Counted from the first letter of the stretch, positions 20,123 to 30,674 are shown. The stretch is DNA of 64,000 bases from an uncultured Bacteroidales bacterium (GCA_905234755.1 CAJOIT010000003.1:895139-959138); one strand, 5' to 3'. Translations and numbers: made by a program. The notes: a model not told the origin generated them from the sequence alone.

Positions 20123-20923
20123 CTAATACATAAAAGGAATTATCCTCTTCAGCTTCTTCCCTTCAAATTCCGCTGCGAATTCCTTCTCGTACTTATGGTA
20201 GATGGAATTTGCACGGGGAACAAGGTTGCAGCACGAGAACCAGAAGAACAAGGCTCCTGCCCAAGAATAGGTAAGGATTGCAAAGCCGAGCCATTCGGTA
20301 ATTTCGCCGAAATAGTTGGCGCTGGTGACATACCTATACATACCTTTCTTTGGAAGATAATGGTTGGTATCGCCGGGCTTGCGCAGATGGCGGATAACAT
20401 GGTCGGAATTCAAGTTGATGAACATTCCAGTAAAGAAAATGATAGTTCCTGCGATAAACTGCCAGCTCGTGAGCCAATCGGTAGAATACAGCACGCTATA
20501 TGTTGGATTTGCAGGCGCAAGATGGAACAGCCAGTAGCCCTGGATATAGCCGTTTATCAAGTTCCAGATTACCGACATTGCCATTATCGCAATCGGCATC
20601 TTCGACTTGCCCTTGAGCAAGAACGGGAAAATGAACGAACGCTGGAAATAGTGCAGTTCGAAGAACAGGAAGAACAACAGGTACGGTACATTATACTTGA
20701 TTTCGGGCGCTGCAGTCCACCAAAGGTATAGCACTATAAAAAACACAGGGCACTCCATCAGCATCCACCCCCACTTGTTTGGCATTGCAGGTCCCCATTT
20801 TGCCGAAATCATCTTACCGTAGCCAGCATCGACGAAGTAAAGCGAAACGAACACGACCAACCCCACTGCTGCCATGATAATCAGCATCATATTGAAAAAC
20901 TCGGGCGCAAATATAGCTTCCAT
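20123..20923 (-). CDS. 3-oxo-5-alpha-steroid 4-dehydrogenase (steroid 5-alpha-reductase family)
   Basis: AGYGK, WMLMECP, HYFQRS, YVTSANYFGEITEW, NLVPRA, KRIIPF. Confidence 0.92.
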   Translation of the reverse strand: MEAIFAPEFFNMMLIIMAAVGLVVFVSLYFVDAGYGKMISAKWGPAMPNKWGWMLMECPVFFIVLYLWWTAAPEIKYNVPYLLFFLFFELHYFQRSFIFPFLLKGKSKMPIAIMAMSVIWNLINGYIQGYWLFHLAPANPTYSVLYSTDWLTSWQFIAGTIIFFTGMFINLNSDHVIRHLRKPGDTNHYLPKKGMYRYVTSANYFGEITEWLGFAILTYSWAGALFFWFSCCNLVPRANSIYHKYEKEFAAEFEGKKLKRIIPFMY

Positions 20924-21050
20924 CCTATTATTCTCCTAATTAAAAAGTTCGCAAGTTTATAAAAAAATTGCCAAATGGATAGTTTTTTAGTGGCGAAAGG
21001 TGGAAATTGGTGAACTATACTGAAACACCGAAGAGTTGAGCATTCTCCTA

Positions 21051-21425
21051 TCAGTCGCAAATCACCTCCCAGAAACCGCCTTTGTCGGGTCCTACACGAC
21101 GGAGATATTTGCCACGCATAGCGTTAATCATGCGAGACACGGCAGAAGGATGCAATCCCAATATATTAGCAATTTCGGCTTTAGAGATATATGGATCATC
21201 TTTCATCAATTGTAACATTGTACTTCTATTTTCTATTCGATTTCTGTTCGGTTTCTGTTCGGTTTCTGTTCGGTTTCTGTTCGGTTTCTGTTCGGTTTCT
21301 GTCAACTTTGGCACAGTTATTTTCAATATGAAATCATCGGTATGGTACTTTGGTTCTGCGACTCCATTTGCTATCAGTTCACGACACATACGGTCAACAC
21401 CTTCGCCATACTCCTTGACATAGTG
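21051..21425 (-). pseudogene. 5'-truncated AlbA/RecG-C (HATPase_c_4)-HTH protein remnant
   Basis: YVKEYGEGVDRM, low-complexity linker, C-terminal wHTH ending RVGPDKGGFWEV; no credible N-terminus. Confidence 0.7.
21230..21302. repeat. 11-bp tandem repeat tttctgttcgg (5 perfect + degenerate flanking units)
   Basis: Perfect units start 21241, 21252, 21263, 21274, 21285. Confidence 0.92.
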
Positions 21426-21613
21426 AAAAGAACTATCTACTTGGGGGAAAATTGATGTTAATACTGATTTGCACAATGAAACACAATAATATCTCATTCA
21501 ATTATACGACATACATAAGCCGTAATATATTGCTGAAGGACAAATTAAGTCTTCGCAAAAAGATTATACTACTAATAGAATATCATAATCAGAATTTTTC
21601 ATACTTTATTATA

Positions 21614-22648
21614 CTAACAACTAATCTTATGTTTATCCAAAGCAGACCTTATGCTCATCGCAACATGATATGCAAGATTAACAGGAACAGCATTACCTAT
21701 CATTTTGTATCCTAAATCCACATAGTCATAAATAAAGACAAAGTCATCAGGAAAACTTTGAACTCTCGCCACCTCACGCACAGTCATACGGCGATATAAA
21801 TGTTCTTTTCCTGGGACAAATCTTTGAAGATTTTTCTCTATTTTTTCCATTTTGGGAGCTTGTGGGTGCAACTGACATTGTCTTCCACTAGCCTGAACAG
21901 TAAAACCAGGTTCATCCCAAGAACGAACCCTATTCCTTGACATAAAAATTGGAGAATATGCACCAACAAAATATTCATTGTTTGCAACCGTACAATCATT
22001 TCCATTTGTACGATTATATTTTTTCGCAGGTATTGCCGAATATTGCAGGTCCCATATAGTTTCTCTTAATGTTGGCTTATGTTCCAATGGTCTTGGATAT
22101 TCAAAATCCCGAATTCCCAAATCCTTACGAAATCCTATATAAAAAACCCTATCGCGATCCTCAGGCACATCATAATCATTGGCATTTAACATTTTTAAAT
22201 TGACATCATATCCTGCATCATTAAATAATTTCATAAATCCACTTACGGCCTCTGAATGTCTTTTCGCAAGCATACCAGATACATTCTCAGCCACAAAAAA
22301 CAAAGGTTGCACATATTTTAATATACGTATGTATTCATAAAACAATTGTCCTCTTGAATCTTCTATACCTCTTAATGATCCTGCCTCACTCCATGATTGA
22401 CACGGAGGTCCACCTATAATTCCGTGAACTTTATATGAACCCTCCTTCAAACAATCCATATTGCTAGGAAATATATCTTCCTTTATTTTACGCACATCAT
22501 CTTCAATAAGATTAACATTTGGAAAATTTGCACGGAAAGTTGGACAAATATTATGATCGTATTCATTTGCAACAATCGTATTAAAGCCTGCTTTATGAAA
22601 GCCTAAATCAAGACCTCCAGCCCCACTAAATAGACTAATTATATTCAT
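21614..22648 (-). CDS. C5 cytosine methyltransferase, HaeIII/NgoPII-like (likely GGCC)
   Basis: [52 protein letters not shown]. Confidence 0.92.
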   Translation of the reverse strand: MNIISLFSGAGGLDLGFHKAGFNTIVANEYDHNICPTFRANFPNVNLIEDDVRKIKEDIFPSNMDCLKEGSYKVHGIIGGPPCQSWSEAGSLRGIEDSRGQLFYEYIRILKYVQPLFFVAENVSGMLAKRHSEAVSGFMKLFNDAGYDVNLKMLNANDYDVPEDRDRVFYIGFRKDLGIRDFEYPRPLEHKPTLRETIWDLQYSAIPAKKYNRTNGNDCTVANNEYFVGAYSPIFMSRNRVRSWDEPGFTVQASGRQCQLHPQAPKMEKIEKNLQRFVPGKEHLYRRMTVREVARVQSFPDDFVFIYDYVDLGYKMIGNAVPVNLAYHVAMSIRSALDKHKISC

Positions 22649-22649
22649 A

Positions 22650-23495
22650 TTACATTACAAATGTCACTAATTTAACATCTATATATTCCACTATATTGTT
22701 TGGGTTTTTAACTTGCGTATCTTCTATAATAAGATTTTGAATCTCATTGGCTTTCTGTATTAATTCGATTCTATTTTCAAATGAATCGAATTTACTTGTT
22801 GGAATTATCGCCATTAATTCAAAGTTATTATTTTTATTATACTCATGAATATACCGAAACACATTAAAAGGATGGGAAATTCCCCACATTCCTCTTGCTC
22901 GAAAATAAGTTATCCCTAGTGGATCTACAGCATTTATATGCGCCAATTCATTAGTTTGCTCTAATTCAAGCTGAGAATTATTAATACTTTGCTTTACTAT
23001 ATCAAAGATCCTTTCATAATATTCTTTATCAGCACAATAAATAGATCCATATACTAAGACAAGCGATTTTAAATTTCTTTCTTGAACACAGCCAATAGCG
23101 TAAATCATATCTTTGCTTCCCCAATTTCCGTTTTCTATCTGGCGACAATAACTAGATATTCTAGAATCATCCATATATAATTTTGCTTTAGGATAACTAC
23201 TATTTAAAGGGATACCTCCAATAGACTCTACCTTTTTCACCTCTATAGCATCTCCATTTCTTAAAATAGCATCAGGAGGATTATTTTTGCCTCCGCCATA
23301 AGAAAAGGCATTTTGATAACAATTAGCTTTTTGGATATTATTCAATCCGTATGCCCCTGAAAATGCATCTTTTATATAATCTTCTAAAGGTTCTCCCATT
23401 GCATGAAGACTATTATGCATGTTTTGTGAAGTACCAACTATTCTATTGTGATTATTCACAATGTTTATAATCCCAGTAATAATGTTATAATCCAT
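22650..23495 (-). CDS. NgoPII-family type II restriction endonuclease
   Basis: [38 protein letters not shown]; adjacent to cognate MTase. Confidence 0.88.
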   Translation of the reverse strand: MDYNIITGIINIVNNHNRIVGTSQNMHNSLHAMGEPLEDYIKDAFSGAYGLNNIQKANCYQNAFSYGGGKNNPPDAILRNGDAIEVKKVESIGGIPLNSSYPKAKLYMDDSRISSYCRQIENGNWGSKDMIYAIGCVQERNLKSLVLVYGSIYCADKEYYERIFDIVKQSINNSQLELEQTNELAHINAVDPLGITYFRARGMWGISHPFNVFRYIHEYNKNNNFELMAIIPTSKFDSFENRIELIQKANEIQNLIIEDTQVKNPNNIVEYIDVKLVTFVM

Positions 23496-23538
23496 AATAT
23501 TTCTAATTTCTATTAATTACTTTTTACATAATATGCAC

Positions 23539-24459
23539 TTATTTTTTCTCATTATTATCAACCGCATAAAACATTTCTAAATACACTTTATCTGAAGTAC
23601 ACTTCTCTATAGCACTTACCAATAGAGAACTATTTATTTCTTCTTGAAAAATATTTTTCAACTCAATTAAATTCTTAAAATTTGATCCATTTATAGCCTT
23701 CAAATAGTCAACAAGTATAGGTTCTTTTTCAAAAGGCGCGTCACTTTTTGACAATGCTTTACACAAGTCTTTTGTTGATTTAATGATATCACTTTTAAAT
23801 GCACACTTACACTCATTATCAAATCCTATTCTTAAATCTTCACGAATATCATTATCTAAAATAGCATTATACATATAATGCTGGAAAAACAAAAGTAAAA
23901 ATGAACAATTATAATTATAATAATTATTAATGATATCATTTTCTGATTGTTCGTTTTCTTTTTCTTTTTCTAATTCAAGAAGTTTAGTATATGCAGATTT
24001 CAAAATAGGATAACCATCGTTTCCAATAGGACGAGCCAACAACAACTTAGACAGATTACTTATATCTTGAGGCTCTTCTTCTAAACGCCTAAGCATAGTC
24101 ATAGTTTCTTCTTCGCGCAATTGCTTATACAACCCTCCAATATCACTTTGTATTTTTTTATCCGTATCTTCTACCTTTTTTGCTATTTCATTGATTGTTT
24201 TCTCTTTTTCAGAAATATCTTGACTTATTTCCAACACTTTATTTCGAAGCCAAGTAACATACACACCAAGGCCAATACCAACGGCACCAATAATAACAGA
24301 AAAAACAACCAACAATGTATTTACTGCGCCTATTTCATTCGCTATTGTTGAATTAGAAACATCAACTATATTTCTAATCGCATCTATATTGTCATTAAGA
24401 TTTTGAAGATAACCTAACGTATCTGACGAAATGTTAGTATTTAGTATCGATAAAATCAT
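23539..24459 (-). CDS. Hypothetical single-TM coiled-coil protein in R-M island
   Basis: 306-aa AT-rich ORF, one TM helix then coiled coil. Confidence 0.7.
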   Translation of the reverse strand: MILSILNTNISSDTLGYLQNLNDNIDAIRNIVDVSNSTIANEIGAVNTLLVVFSVIIGAVGIGLGVYVTWLRNKVLEISQDISEKEKTINEIAKKVEDTDKKIQSDIGGLYKQLREEETMTMLRRLEEEPQDISNLSKLLLARPIGNDGYPILKSAYTKLLELEKEKENEQSENDIINNYYNYNCSFLLLFFQHYMYNAILDNDIREDLRIGFDNECKCAFKSDIIKSTKDLCKALSKSDAPFEKEPILVDYLKAINGSNFKNLIELKNIFQEEINSSLLVSAIEKCTSDKVYLEMFYAVDNNEKK

Positions 24460-24664
24460 TTTATATTCAATTAATTATTTTACTGAGTTCCGCTATATTT
24501 ACGAAATATCTTCTACAATTATTGTCAAACTGCAAACATACTTATATTTATTAAAAGCCACAACAGCCAACATGTTTTCTTTTAAACAATTTATACACAA
24601 AACCATATCAAAAATCCCCTTCAAAATAATTTCACAAAAATGAAACTGGCTCAAATAAAAATCT

Positions 24665-24672
24665 TATCTTTG
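24665..24672 (+). promoter_or_regulatory. Bacteroidetes -7 promoter element for gcvT
   Basis: TATCTTTG matches TAnnTTTG ~47 bp before ATG. Confidence 0.65.
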
Positions 24673-24718
24673 CCCCAAATTTTTCAAAAATTCATTAAAA
24701 ACTTAAAGACATAACATA

Positions 24719-25849
24719 ATGGAAGAAATCAAAACCACTGCCTTCACGCAGTTTCACATCGCACAGGGCGCACAGATGGCACCTTTCGCTGGCTTCAACA
24801 TGCCAATCCAGTACACTAGCATAAACGACGAGCACATCTTCTGCCGCGAACATATCGGCGTTTTCGATGTTTCTCACATGGGCGAATTCTGGGTAACAGG
24901 CGACAAGGCTTTCGACTTCGTACAGAAGGTTACATCAAACAATGTTGCCGACCTCACTGATGGTAAGGTTCAGTACTCGTGCCTGCCTAACAACGATGGC
25001 GGTATCGTTGACGACCTGCTGGTTTACAGAATCAACGACAAGAAGTATTTCCTCGTTGTAAACGCTGCAAACATCGACAAGGACTGGAACTGGTGCATCG
25101 CAATAGCAGAAAAGATGGGCTTGAAGGTCGGACAGGACATTGTTAACGCATCCGACGAATACTGCCAGCTCGCTGTTCAGGGTCCTTACGCTCTGAAGGC
25201 TATGCAGAAGCTCACAAAGGCTAATGTAATCGACATGGAATACTACACCAACAAGATTATCGAATTTGCTGGCATTCCAGAAGTTATCTTCTCAACAACC
25301 GGTTACACTGGTGCTGGTGGATGCGAAATCTACGCAAAGAACCCGTACGCCGACAAGCTGTTGAAGGCTGTTCTCGAAGCAGGTGAAGAATTCGGTATCA
25401 GGATGATAGGTCTTGGCGCACGCGACACTCTCCGCCTCGAAATGGGATTCTGCCTCTACGGACACGACATCAACGACACCACTTCGCCAATCGAAGCAGG
25501 TCTTGGCTGGATTACCAAGTTTGTCGATGGCAACGACTTCACCAACCGCGCATACCACGAGAAGCTGAAAGCAGAAGGCACCAGCAAGATGTTGAAGGGC
25601 TTCATCCTCGTTGACCGTGGCATTCCACGTCCCGAATACCTCGTTTACGATGCTGAAGGCAACGAGATCGGTCATGTTACCTCGGGAGCAATGTCGCCAA
25701 TGATGAAGAAGGGTATCGGTATGGCATACCTCAACCGCGGTTTCTGGAAGGAAGGCACCGAAATCTACATTGACATCCGTGGCAAGAAGGTAAAGGCCGA
25801 AGTTAAGAAGACTCCGCTCTTCAAGGACCAGATGCCTCAGGTTAAGTAG
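24719..25849 (+). CDS. gcvT: Glycine cleavage system aminomethyltransferase T
   Basis: GVFDVSHMGE, TGYTG, GLGARDTLRLE. Confidence 0.96.
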   Translation: MEEIKTTAFTQFHIAQGAQMAPFAGFNMPIQYTSINDEHIFCREHIGVFDVSHMGEFWVTGDKAFDFVQKVTSNNVADLTDGKVQYSCLPNNDGGIVDDLLVYRINDKKYFLVVNAANIDKDWNWCIAIAEKMGLKVGQDIVNASDEYCQLAVQGPYALKAMQKLTKANVIDMEYYTNKIIEFAGIPEVIFSTTGYTGAGGCEIYAKNPYADKLLKAVLEAGEEFGIRMIGLGARDTLRLEMGFCLYGHDINDTTSPIEAGLGWITKFVDGNDFTNRAYHEKLKAEGTSKMLKGFILVDRGIPRPEYLVYDAEGNEIGHVTSGAMSPMMKKGIGMAYLNRGFWKEGTEIYIDIRGKKVKAEVKKTPLFKDQMPQVK

Positions 25850-25870
25850 TTATACATTTGTTTCCATATT

Positions 25871-25906
25871 GAGAATCTCGGAATCTCGGTTCCGAGGTTC
25901 TTTTTT
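25871..25906 (+). terminator. Intrinsic terminator after gcvT
   Basis: agaatctcggaa-loop-ttccgaggttct followed by T-run. Confidence 0.75.
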
Positions 25907-26008
25907 AAAATAAATGGAGACCTCAAATGTTCACTAATTCTTCCAAAGACTAAGTTTCACTCTGGGCGGCAATTATCAATTTTCAACTTTCAACTGTCAA
26001 TTAAACTT

Positions 26009-27004
26009 ATGGCAACCACCTCAAACTTTGTAGATTATGTAAAGATATACTGCCGGTCAGGAGCGGGCGGCGCAGGTTCGATGCACTTCCGCCACGAGAA
26101 ATTCGTGGAGAAAGGCGGTCCCGATGGCGGCAACGGCGGTCGTGGCGGACATATAATCCTGCACGGCACTACCAATGTGTGGACACTTCTGCACCTCAAG
26201 TACAACCGCCACATCTTCGCCGAAAACGGCACTAACGGAAGCGGTGCTTTATGCACTGGCGCAAACGGCAAGGACATTACCCTTGATGTGCCGCTCGGAA
26301 CTATCGCCCGCGACGAATACACCGGCGAAGTGCTCTGCGAAGTCACCGAGAACGACCAGGAAATTATCCTTCTCAAAGGTGGTCGTGGCGGACTAGGCAA
26401 CGCCGAATTCAAGACGGCAACCAACCAGGCGCCAAAATTCTCGCAGCCAGGTGAACCAGGAATCGAAAAGACCGTAATCCTCGAGTTGAAAGTGCTTGCC
26501 GATGTCGGTCTCGTAGGTTTCCCAAATGCTGGCAAATCGACATTACTGTCGGTTGTATCGGCAGCAAAGCCCGAAATTGCCGACTACCCTTTCACCACGC
26601 TAGTGCCTAACCTCGGCATCGTAGCCTACCACGACTACAAGTCGTTTGTAATGGCCGACATCCCAGGAATCATCGAGGGTGCAAGTCAGGGCAAAGGTTT
26701 GGGACTTAGGTTCTTGCGTCACATAGAGCGCAACTCTATACTGCTGTTCATGGTTCCAGCCGACACCAAGGACATCCGCAACGAATACGAAGTGCTACTC
26801 AACGAACTCACGCAGTACAACCCCGAACTGCTCGACAAGAAGCGCATCCTTGCTGTCACCAAGTGCGACCTCATCGACGACGAACTTCAGGAAATGCTCT
26901 CGAAGGAACTGCCCGAGAAAATTGAAACCGTCTTCATTTCGTCGGTAGCACACAAGAACATCGACAAGCTGAAAGACTTAATCTGGAAGGCATTGAACGA
27001 ATAA
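26009..27004 (+). CDS. obgE: GTPase ObgE
   Basis: [28 protein letters not shown]. Confidence 0.96.
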   Translation: MATTSNFVDYVKIYCRSGAGGAGSMHFRHEKFVEKGGPDGGNGGRGGHIILHGTTNVWTLLHLKYNRHIFAENGTNGSGALCTGANGKDITLDVPLGTIARDEYTGEVLCEVTENDQEIILLKGGRGGLGNAEFKTATNQAPKFSQPGEPGIEKTVILELKVLADVGLVGFPNAGKSTLLSVVSAAKPEIADYPFTTLVPNLGIVAYHDYKSFVMADIPGIIEGASQGKGLGLRFLRHIERNSILLFMVPADTKDIRNEYEVLLNELTQYNPELLDKKRILAVTKCDLIDDELQEMLSKELPEKIETVFISSVAHKNIDKLKDLIWKALNE

Positions 27005-27008
27005 TCCT

Positions 27009-27740
27009 ATGAACAGACTCACAGAACTTCTCATCGACGAGCGGAATGCCAAGCGCAAAGGCGGAATTTACCACAAGACTCAGGTAAAACTCGCCTATAA
27101 CTCGAACCGAATCGAAGGCAGCAAGCTTACCGAGGAACAGACGCGCTACATTTTCGAGACTCGTACCATAGGATTCAAGGAACAAGAGGCCGTTCCCGTT
27201 GACGACATCATCGAAACCACCAACCACTTCGTCGCTTTCGACTATCTGATTGACACCATCAGCCAGCCTTTAAGCATTGACATTATCAAGCAGTTCCACA
27301 AGATTATAAAATCCAGCACTTCCGATGCGCAGAAACCATACTTCAATGTAGGCGACTGGAAAAAACTTGCCAACGAAGCAAGGACAACCCTGCCAGAAAA
27401 TGTTGACCGCGAAATGCACGACCTTTCGGACTGGTACGCCTCGCAGAAAAATGTAAGCATTGAAACTCTTGCAAAATATCACTTCTACTTCGAAAGCATA
27501 CATCCGTTCCAGGACGGCAATGGAAGAGTTGGCAGACTGATACTTTTCCGCGAATGCCTGCGCAACGACATTGTGCCTTTCGTCATCGACAACGACCACA
27601 AGACATTTTACTACAGAGGACTACGCGAATTTGAACACGCACCCTCATACCTTGTCGATACAATGAAGTCGGCACAGGACACCTACGCCGAATGGCTCAA
27701 GTATTTTTCACCAGAACTTCTTAACGACTTGCACGCATAA
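27009..27740 (+). CDS. Fic family protein
   Basis: HPFQDGNGRVGR; N-terminal NSNRIEG inhibitory motif. Confidence 0.92.
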   Translation: MNRLTELLIDERNAKRKGGIYHKTQVKLAYNSNRIEGSKLTEEQTRYIFETRTIGFKEQEAVPVDDIIETTNHFVAFDYLIDTISQPLSIDIIKQFHKIIKSSTSDAQKPYFNVGDWKKLANEARTTLPENVDREMHDLSDWYASQKNVSIETLAKYHFYFESIHPFQDGNGRVGRLILFRECLRNDIVPFVIDNDHKTFYYRGLREFEHAPSYLVDTMKSAQDTYAEWLKYFSPELLNDLHA

Positions 27741-28315
27741 TGATTGAAAGCCTTGAACTTATCGACCGCGAGATTCTGATCTTCATTAACAGATTGCATG
27801 CCGACTGGCTCGACCCGATAATGTGGGCAATAAGCAGCAACTGGTTCTGGCTTCCAATGATTGCGCTGTTCATCTTTATGACGGTGAAACGTTTCGGGAA
27901 ATGGTGCTGGATTCCGATACTTGCCGCAACTCTTTGCTTCGCCACTACCGATGTGGTTTCGCACAATGTGAAGGAATCGGTACAGCGCTACCGTCCCACG
28001 CATAACCTTGAAATAGAGAACGAAGTCCACACCGTAAACGACTATCGCGGAGGAATGTACGGCTTCTTTTCTGGTCACGCAGCCAACAGTTTCGGACTTG
28101 CACTAATCACAATGCTTTTCATCCGCCGTAAATGGTACACAATAACAGCACTCTGTTGGGCGGCAATCGTCTCTTATTCACGAATGTACCTCGCCGTCCA
28201 CTACCCTGCCGACATCTTTGTAGGATTCTGCTTCGGAATCTCGGTGGCGGTGGCATTTTTCATAGCGACAAAGGCGATTGTAAAAAGGACAGGATTCAAT
28301 TTGCCGAGAGAGTAA
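27740..28315 (+). CDS. PAP2 family phosphatase
   Basis: K...RYRP, SGHA, SRMYLAVHYPAD. Confidence 0.9.
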   Translation: MIESLELIDREILIFINRLHADWLDPIMWAISSNWFWLPMIALFIFMTVKRFGKWCWIPILAATLCFATTDVVSHNVKESVQRYRPTHNLEIENEVHTVNDYRGGMYGFFSGHAANSFGLALITMLFIRRKWYTITALCWAAIVSYSRMYLAVHYPADIFVGFCFGISVAVAFFIATKAIVKRTGFNLPRE

Positions 28316-28515
28316 ATAAGAAGCACCCACAATCACAACATATAGTTAATTCCAACATCTCTTTTCATCATTTTTCGGGATTGCACACCTATCGCAACAG
28401 CTGTACTTTTGCAAAACCAAAGTTAATTTACATTTATTTACACAAACTCAAAAAACGATGAACAAACTTTCATTTCAATAAAAACTGAATTTATAAGGCA
28501 TACAAAAATCATCGT

Positions 28516-28550
28516 AAAATTGGCTGTGTCGTGAGATACGGCCATTTTTT
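28516..28550 (+). terminator. Intrinsic terminator
   Basis: tggctgtgtc-gtga-gatacggcca + T-run. Confidence 0.72.
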
Positions 28551-28753
28551 GTATTAACACATATCAATGAAAACGAAAAAAGACAGTACTTCCTCTAAAG
28601 AAAATTTCTAACAGATTGATTATAAGCGACAAAATCTCTTTATTTTTGGTATAAAAATAGGAGATTTTTATGTAAGTTTGCAGTCTAACGAAAACACTCA
28701 TCCAGTCTGGGCTTCTGCTTTCGGGGGCAAACTATGCTTGGCAAAACAAGCCA

Positions 28754-28849
28754 TTGCTTGCATCACAAAACAAGGTTAAGACAACCGCAGGCTTCGAAAA
28801 TCCAAGATATTGGGCGGCCTTCATAATGCTTGACGGAAACGAAAAGTAA
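28754..28849 (+). pseudogene. C-terminal remnant of a CHAT-domain protein
   Basis: Translates LLASQNKVKTTAGFENPRYWAAFIMLDGNEK*; P.YWAAF..LD is the typical CHAT C-terminus. Confidence 0.65.
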
Positions 28850-28900
28850 GTTAAATGGTTTATAATTTTATGAGTTTCAGATGGTTTGAAAGTTAACCCT

Positions 28901-28939
28901 AACAACATCAAACAACATCAAACAACATCAAACAAATCA
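28901..28939. repeat. 10-bp tandem repeat aacaacatca (3 perfect + 1 degenerate)
   Basis: Directly visible. Confidence 0.85.
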
Positions 28940-28966
28940 TCCCTTCCAAAACTCCAACGGACTTAT
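28937..28966 (-). repeat. Displaced copy of the AraC 3' end (direct repeat of 30675-30704)
   Basis: 28/30 identical; ISPLEFWKG* vs ISPLEFRMG*. Confidence 0.85.
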
Positions 28967-28968
28967 AT

Positions 28969-30411
28969 TCATCTGCTACTCACAAACAGGTCATCAAGCG
29001 TAATTTGTGCAACGATATGTTCCGAATAGCTGTTCCTCTGCAAACCATTTACGGTGATAAATGTCGGTATGATGCCTCCTCCGAAACCTGTTTGCTGCTT
29101 GAAAAGCGCAATGCGAGTATTTAACTTCTCATATTCTTCTTTATCAAGTAAATAAGGCATATCGCTGTATTTTGCTTCACAAATATTAATCATTCTGTCT
29201 GCTCGTTCAATTACAAGATCAATCTGAGCATTCTGCTCATTGCCCGAATTTACGCTACGCCATGAGTAATATTCGGTTTTGATACCACTAATGCTTAGTG
29301 CATTTTTGATTTGAGCTATATGAGTCAGGCAAATGCGTTCGAACGAAAGCCCCATCCATGCGCTGATTTTCGGACTGTTGAGACCTTGCGTCCAGAAATG
29401 CTCGTTAGTTGGTTGTTTTTTTATGAAATGAAGGTAAAACAAAGAATAAAAGTCAAGCAACTGGTATAGTCCGTTGCGAGTAGAAATAGTTTTATTTTTC
29501 ACATTATAAAAGCGGACAATATCGCAATCTACAAGGCTTTGCAGCATTTTTGTAAGGTATCCGTTGGCATTAGTACCTATGCTTTTGGCAATTTCATCCC
29601 TCGTCATGCCCTTCTTTTTCGAAAAAAGTGCTTCGACAATGGCAATATACGGCTCCGGACTTGCAAACAATGTTTTGTATAACCGCTTAAATTCACGCCG
29701 CATTTCTCCATCTGCCTTGAAAAACAAACGATCAATATTCTGTGCTAAGCTTTCGGCTGGGTCAAGGAGACTTAAATAATAAGGTATGCCTCCAATTGCC
29801 ATGTATGTTTGCATTATCATTATTCTGTCCCACGGGAAACCATACGCACAAAGGTATTCTTCTGTTTCATGCAAGTTGAATTCCTTAAGATGCATTTCAT
29901 GTGTGATACGATCGTGCAGTCCGCCATGATTATCAATGATATTCTTCTTCATCCAAGATGTTGCTGAACCACATACTATAAGCATCATATTATCCTGCAA
30001 CGAAGCCCAACTATTCCAAAAATATCCCAAAGCACTGACAAAGTCCGATTTGCGAGTTTCAAAACATGGCAACTCATCAATAAACACTATGCATGGCTTG
30101 TTCTTTTTATTCTTGTCTGCAAGGAAATGACGCAACATTTGAAAAGCCTCGTACCAATTTTTTGGCTGCTTATTGGTAGGTTGACCATATATGTCCAGGG
30201 CATCTGTGAAGGCATGGATTTGTGCATTCTTGTCTCCATCCAAAACTCCTGTCATAGAGAATGTCAGTCTGTCTTTGAAGACTTTATTCACAAGAAATGT
30301 CTTTCCAACGCGTCGTCTACCATAAAGCGCGACAAACTCAGCTTTGCCCGATTCGGCATACTTGTTTAGTAACTTTATTTCTTCTTCTCGTCCAACAATT
30401 TTATTCAGCAT
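28969..30411 (-). CDS. AAA ATPase (archaeal-ATPase family) with wHTH and C-terminal PD-(D/E)XK nuclease-like domain
   Basis: YGRRRVGKT, VFIDE, CGS, GGIPYYL, QIDLVIE...ICEAK. Confidence 0.9.
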   Translation of the reverse strand: MLNKIVGREEEIKLLNKYAESGKAEFVALYGRRRVGKTFLVNKVFKDRLTFSMTGVLDGDKNAQIHAFTDALDIYGQPTNKQPKNWYEAFQMLRHFLADKNKKNKPCIVFIDELPCFETRKSDFVSALGYFWNSWASLQDNMMLIVCGSATSWMKKNIIDNHGGLHDRITHEMHLKEFNLHETEEYLCAYGFPWDRIMIMQTYMAIGGIPYYLSLLDPAESLAQNIDRLFFKADGEMRREFKRLYKTLFASPEPYIAIVEALFSKKKGMTRDEIAKSIGTNANGYLTKMLQSLVDCDIVRFYNVKNKTISTRNGLYQLLDFYSLFYLHFIKKQPTNEHFWTQGLNSPKISAWMGLSFERICLTHIAQIKNALSISGIKTEYYSWRSVNSGNEQNAQIDLVIERADRMINICEAKYSDMPYLLDKEEYEKLNTRIALFKQQTGFGGGIIPTFITVNGLQRNSYSEHIVAQITLDDLFVSSR

Positions 30412-30451
30412 AGTCTAATATTTTTCGGCACAAAGATAAAAAATAGTTTTC

Positions 30452-30581
30452 TGATTCGAGTGCTAAAACCAAAGAAATTTATTCGTTTTAGCACCAGAAT
30501 CGTGATACGAGTGCTAAAACGCCAATATTTTTACCGTTTTAGCACTATAATAATAGGTAATTTTATTTACGATTTAGCACC
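30452..30581. promoter_or_regulatory. Tandem palindrome array GTGCTAAAAC-N15-GTTTTAGCAC (51-bp period) over the ATPase promoter
   Basis: Two full units plus half site gatttagcac; minus-strand -7 box TATCTTTG at 30431-30438. Confidence 0.75.
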
Positions 30582-30674
30582 TAAACGATTTAGAACAAAG
30601 ACATTACATCATTTTTAACATCTAACACAACTTTCAAACAAATTAAGAACAATGTCAAGTTAGAAATCAGACAT

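Noticed and set aside
30452-30581. CRISPR mini-array
   Set aside because: Only 2-3 units, the variable part is inside the palindrome, no cas genes, and it overlaps a promoter
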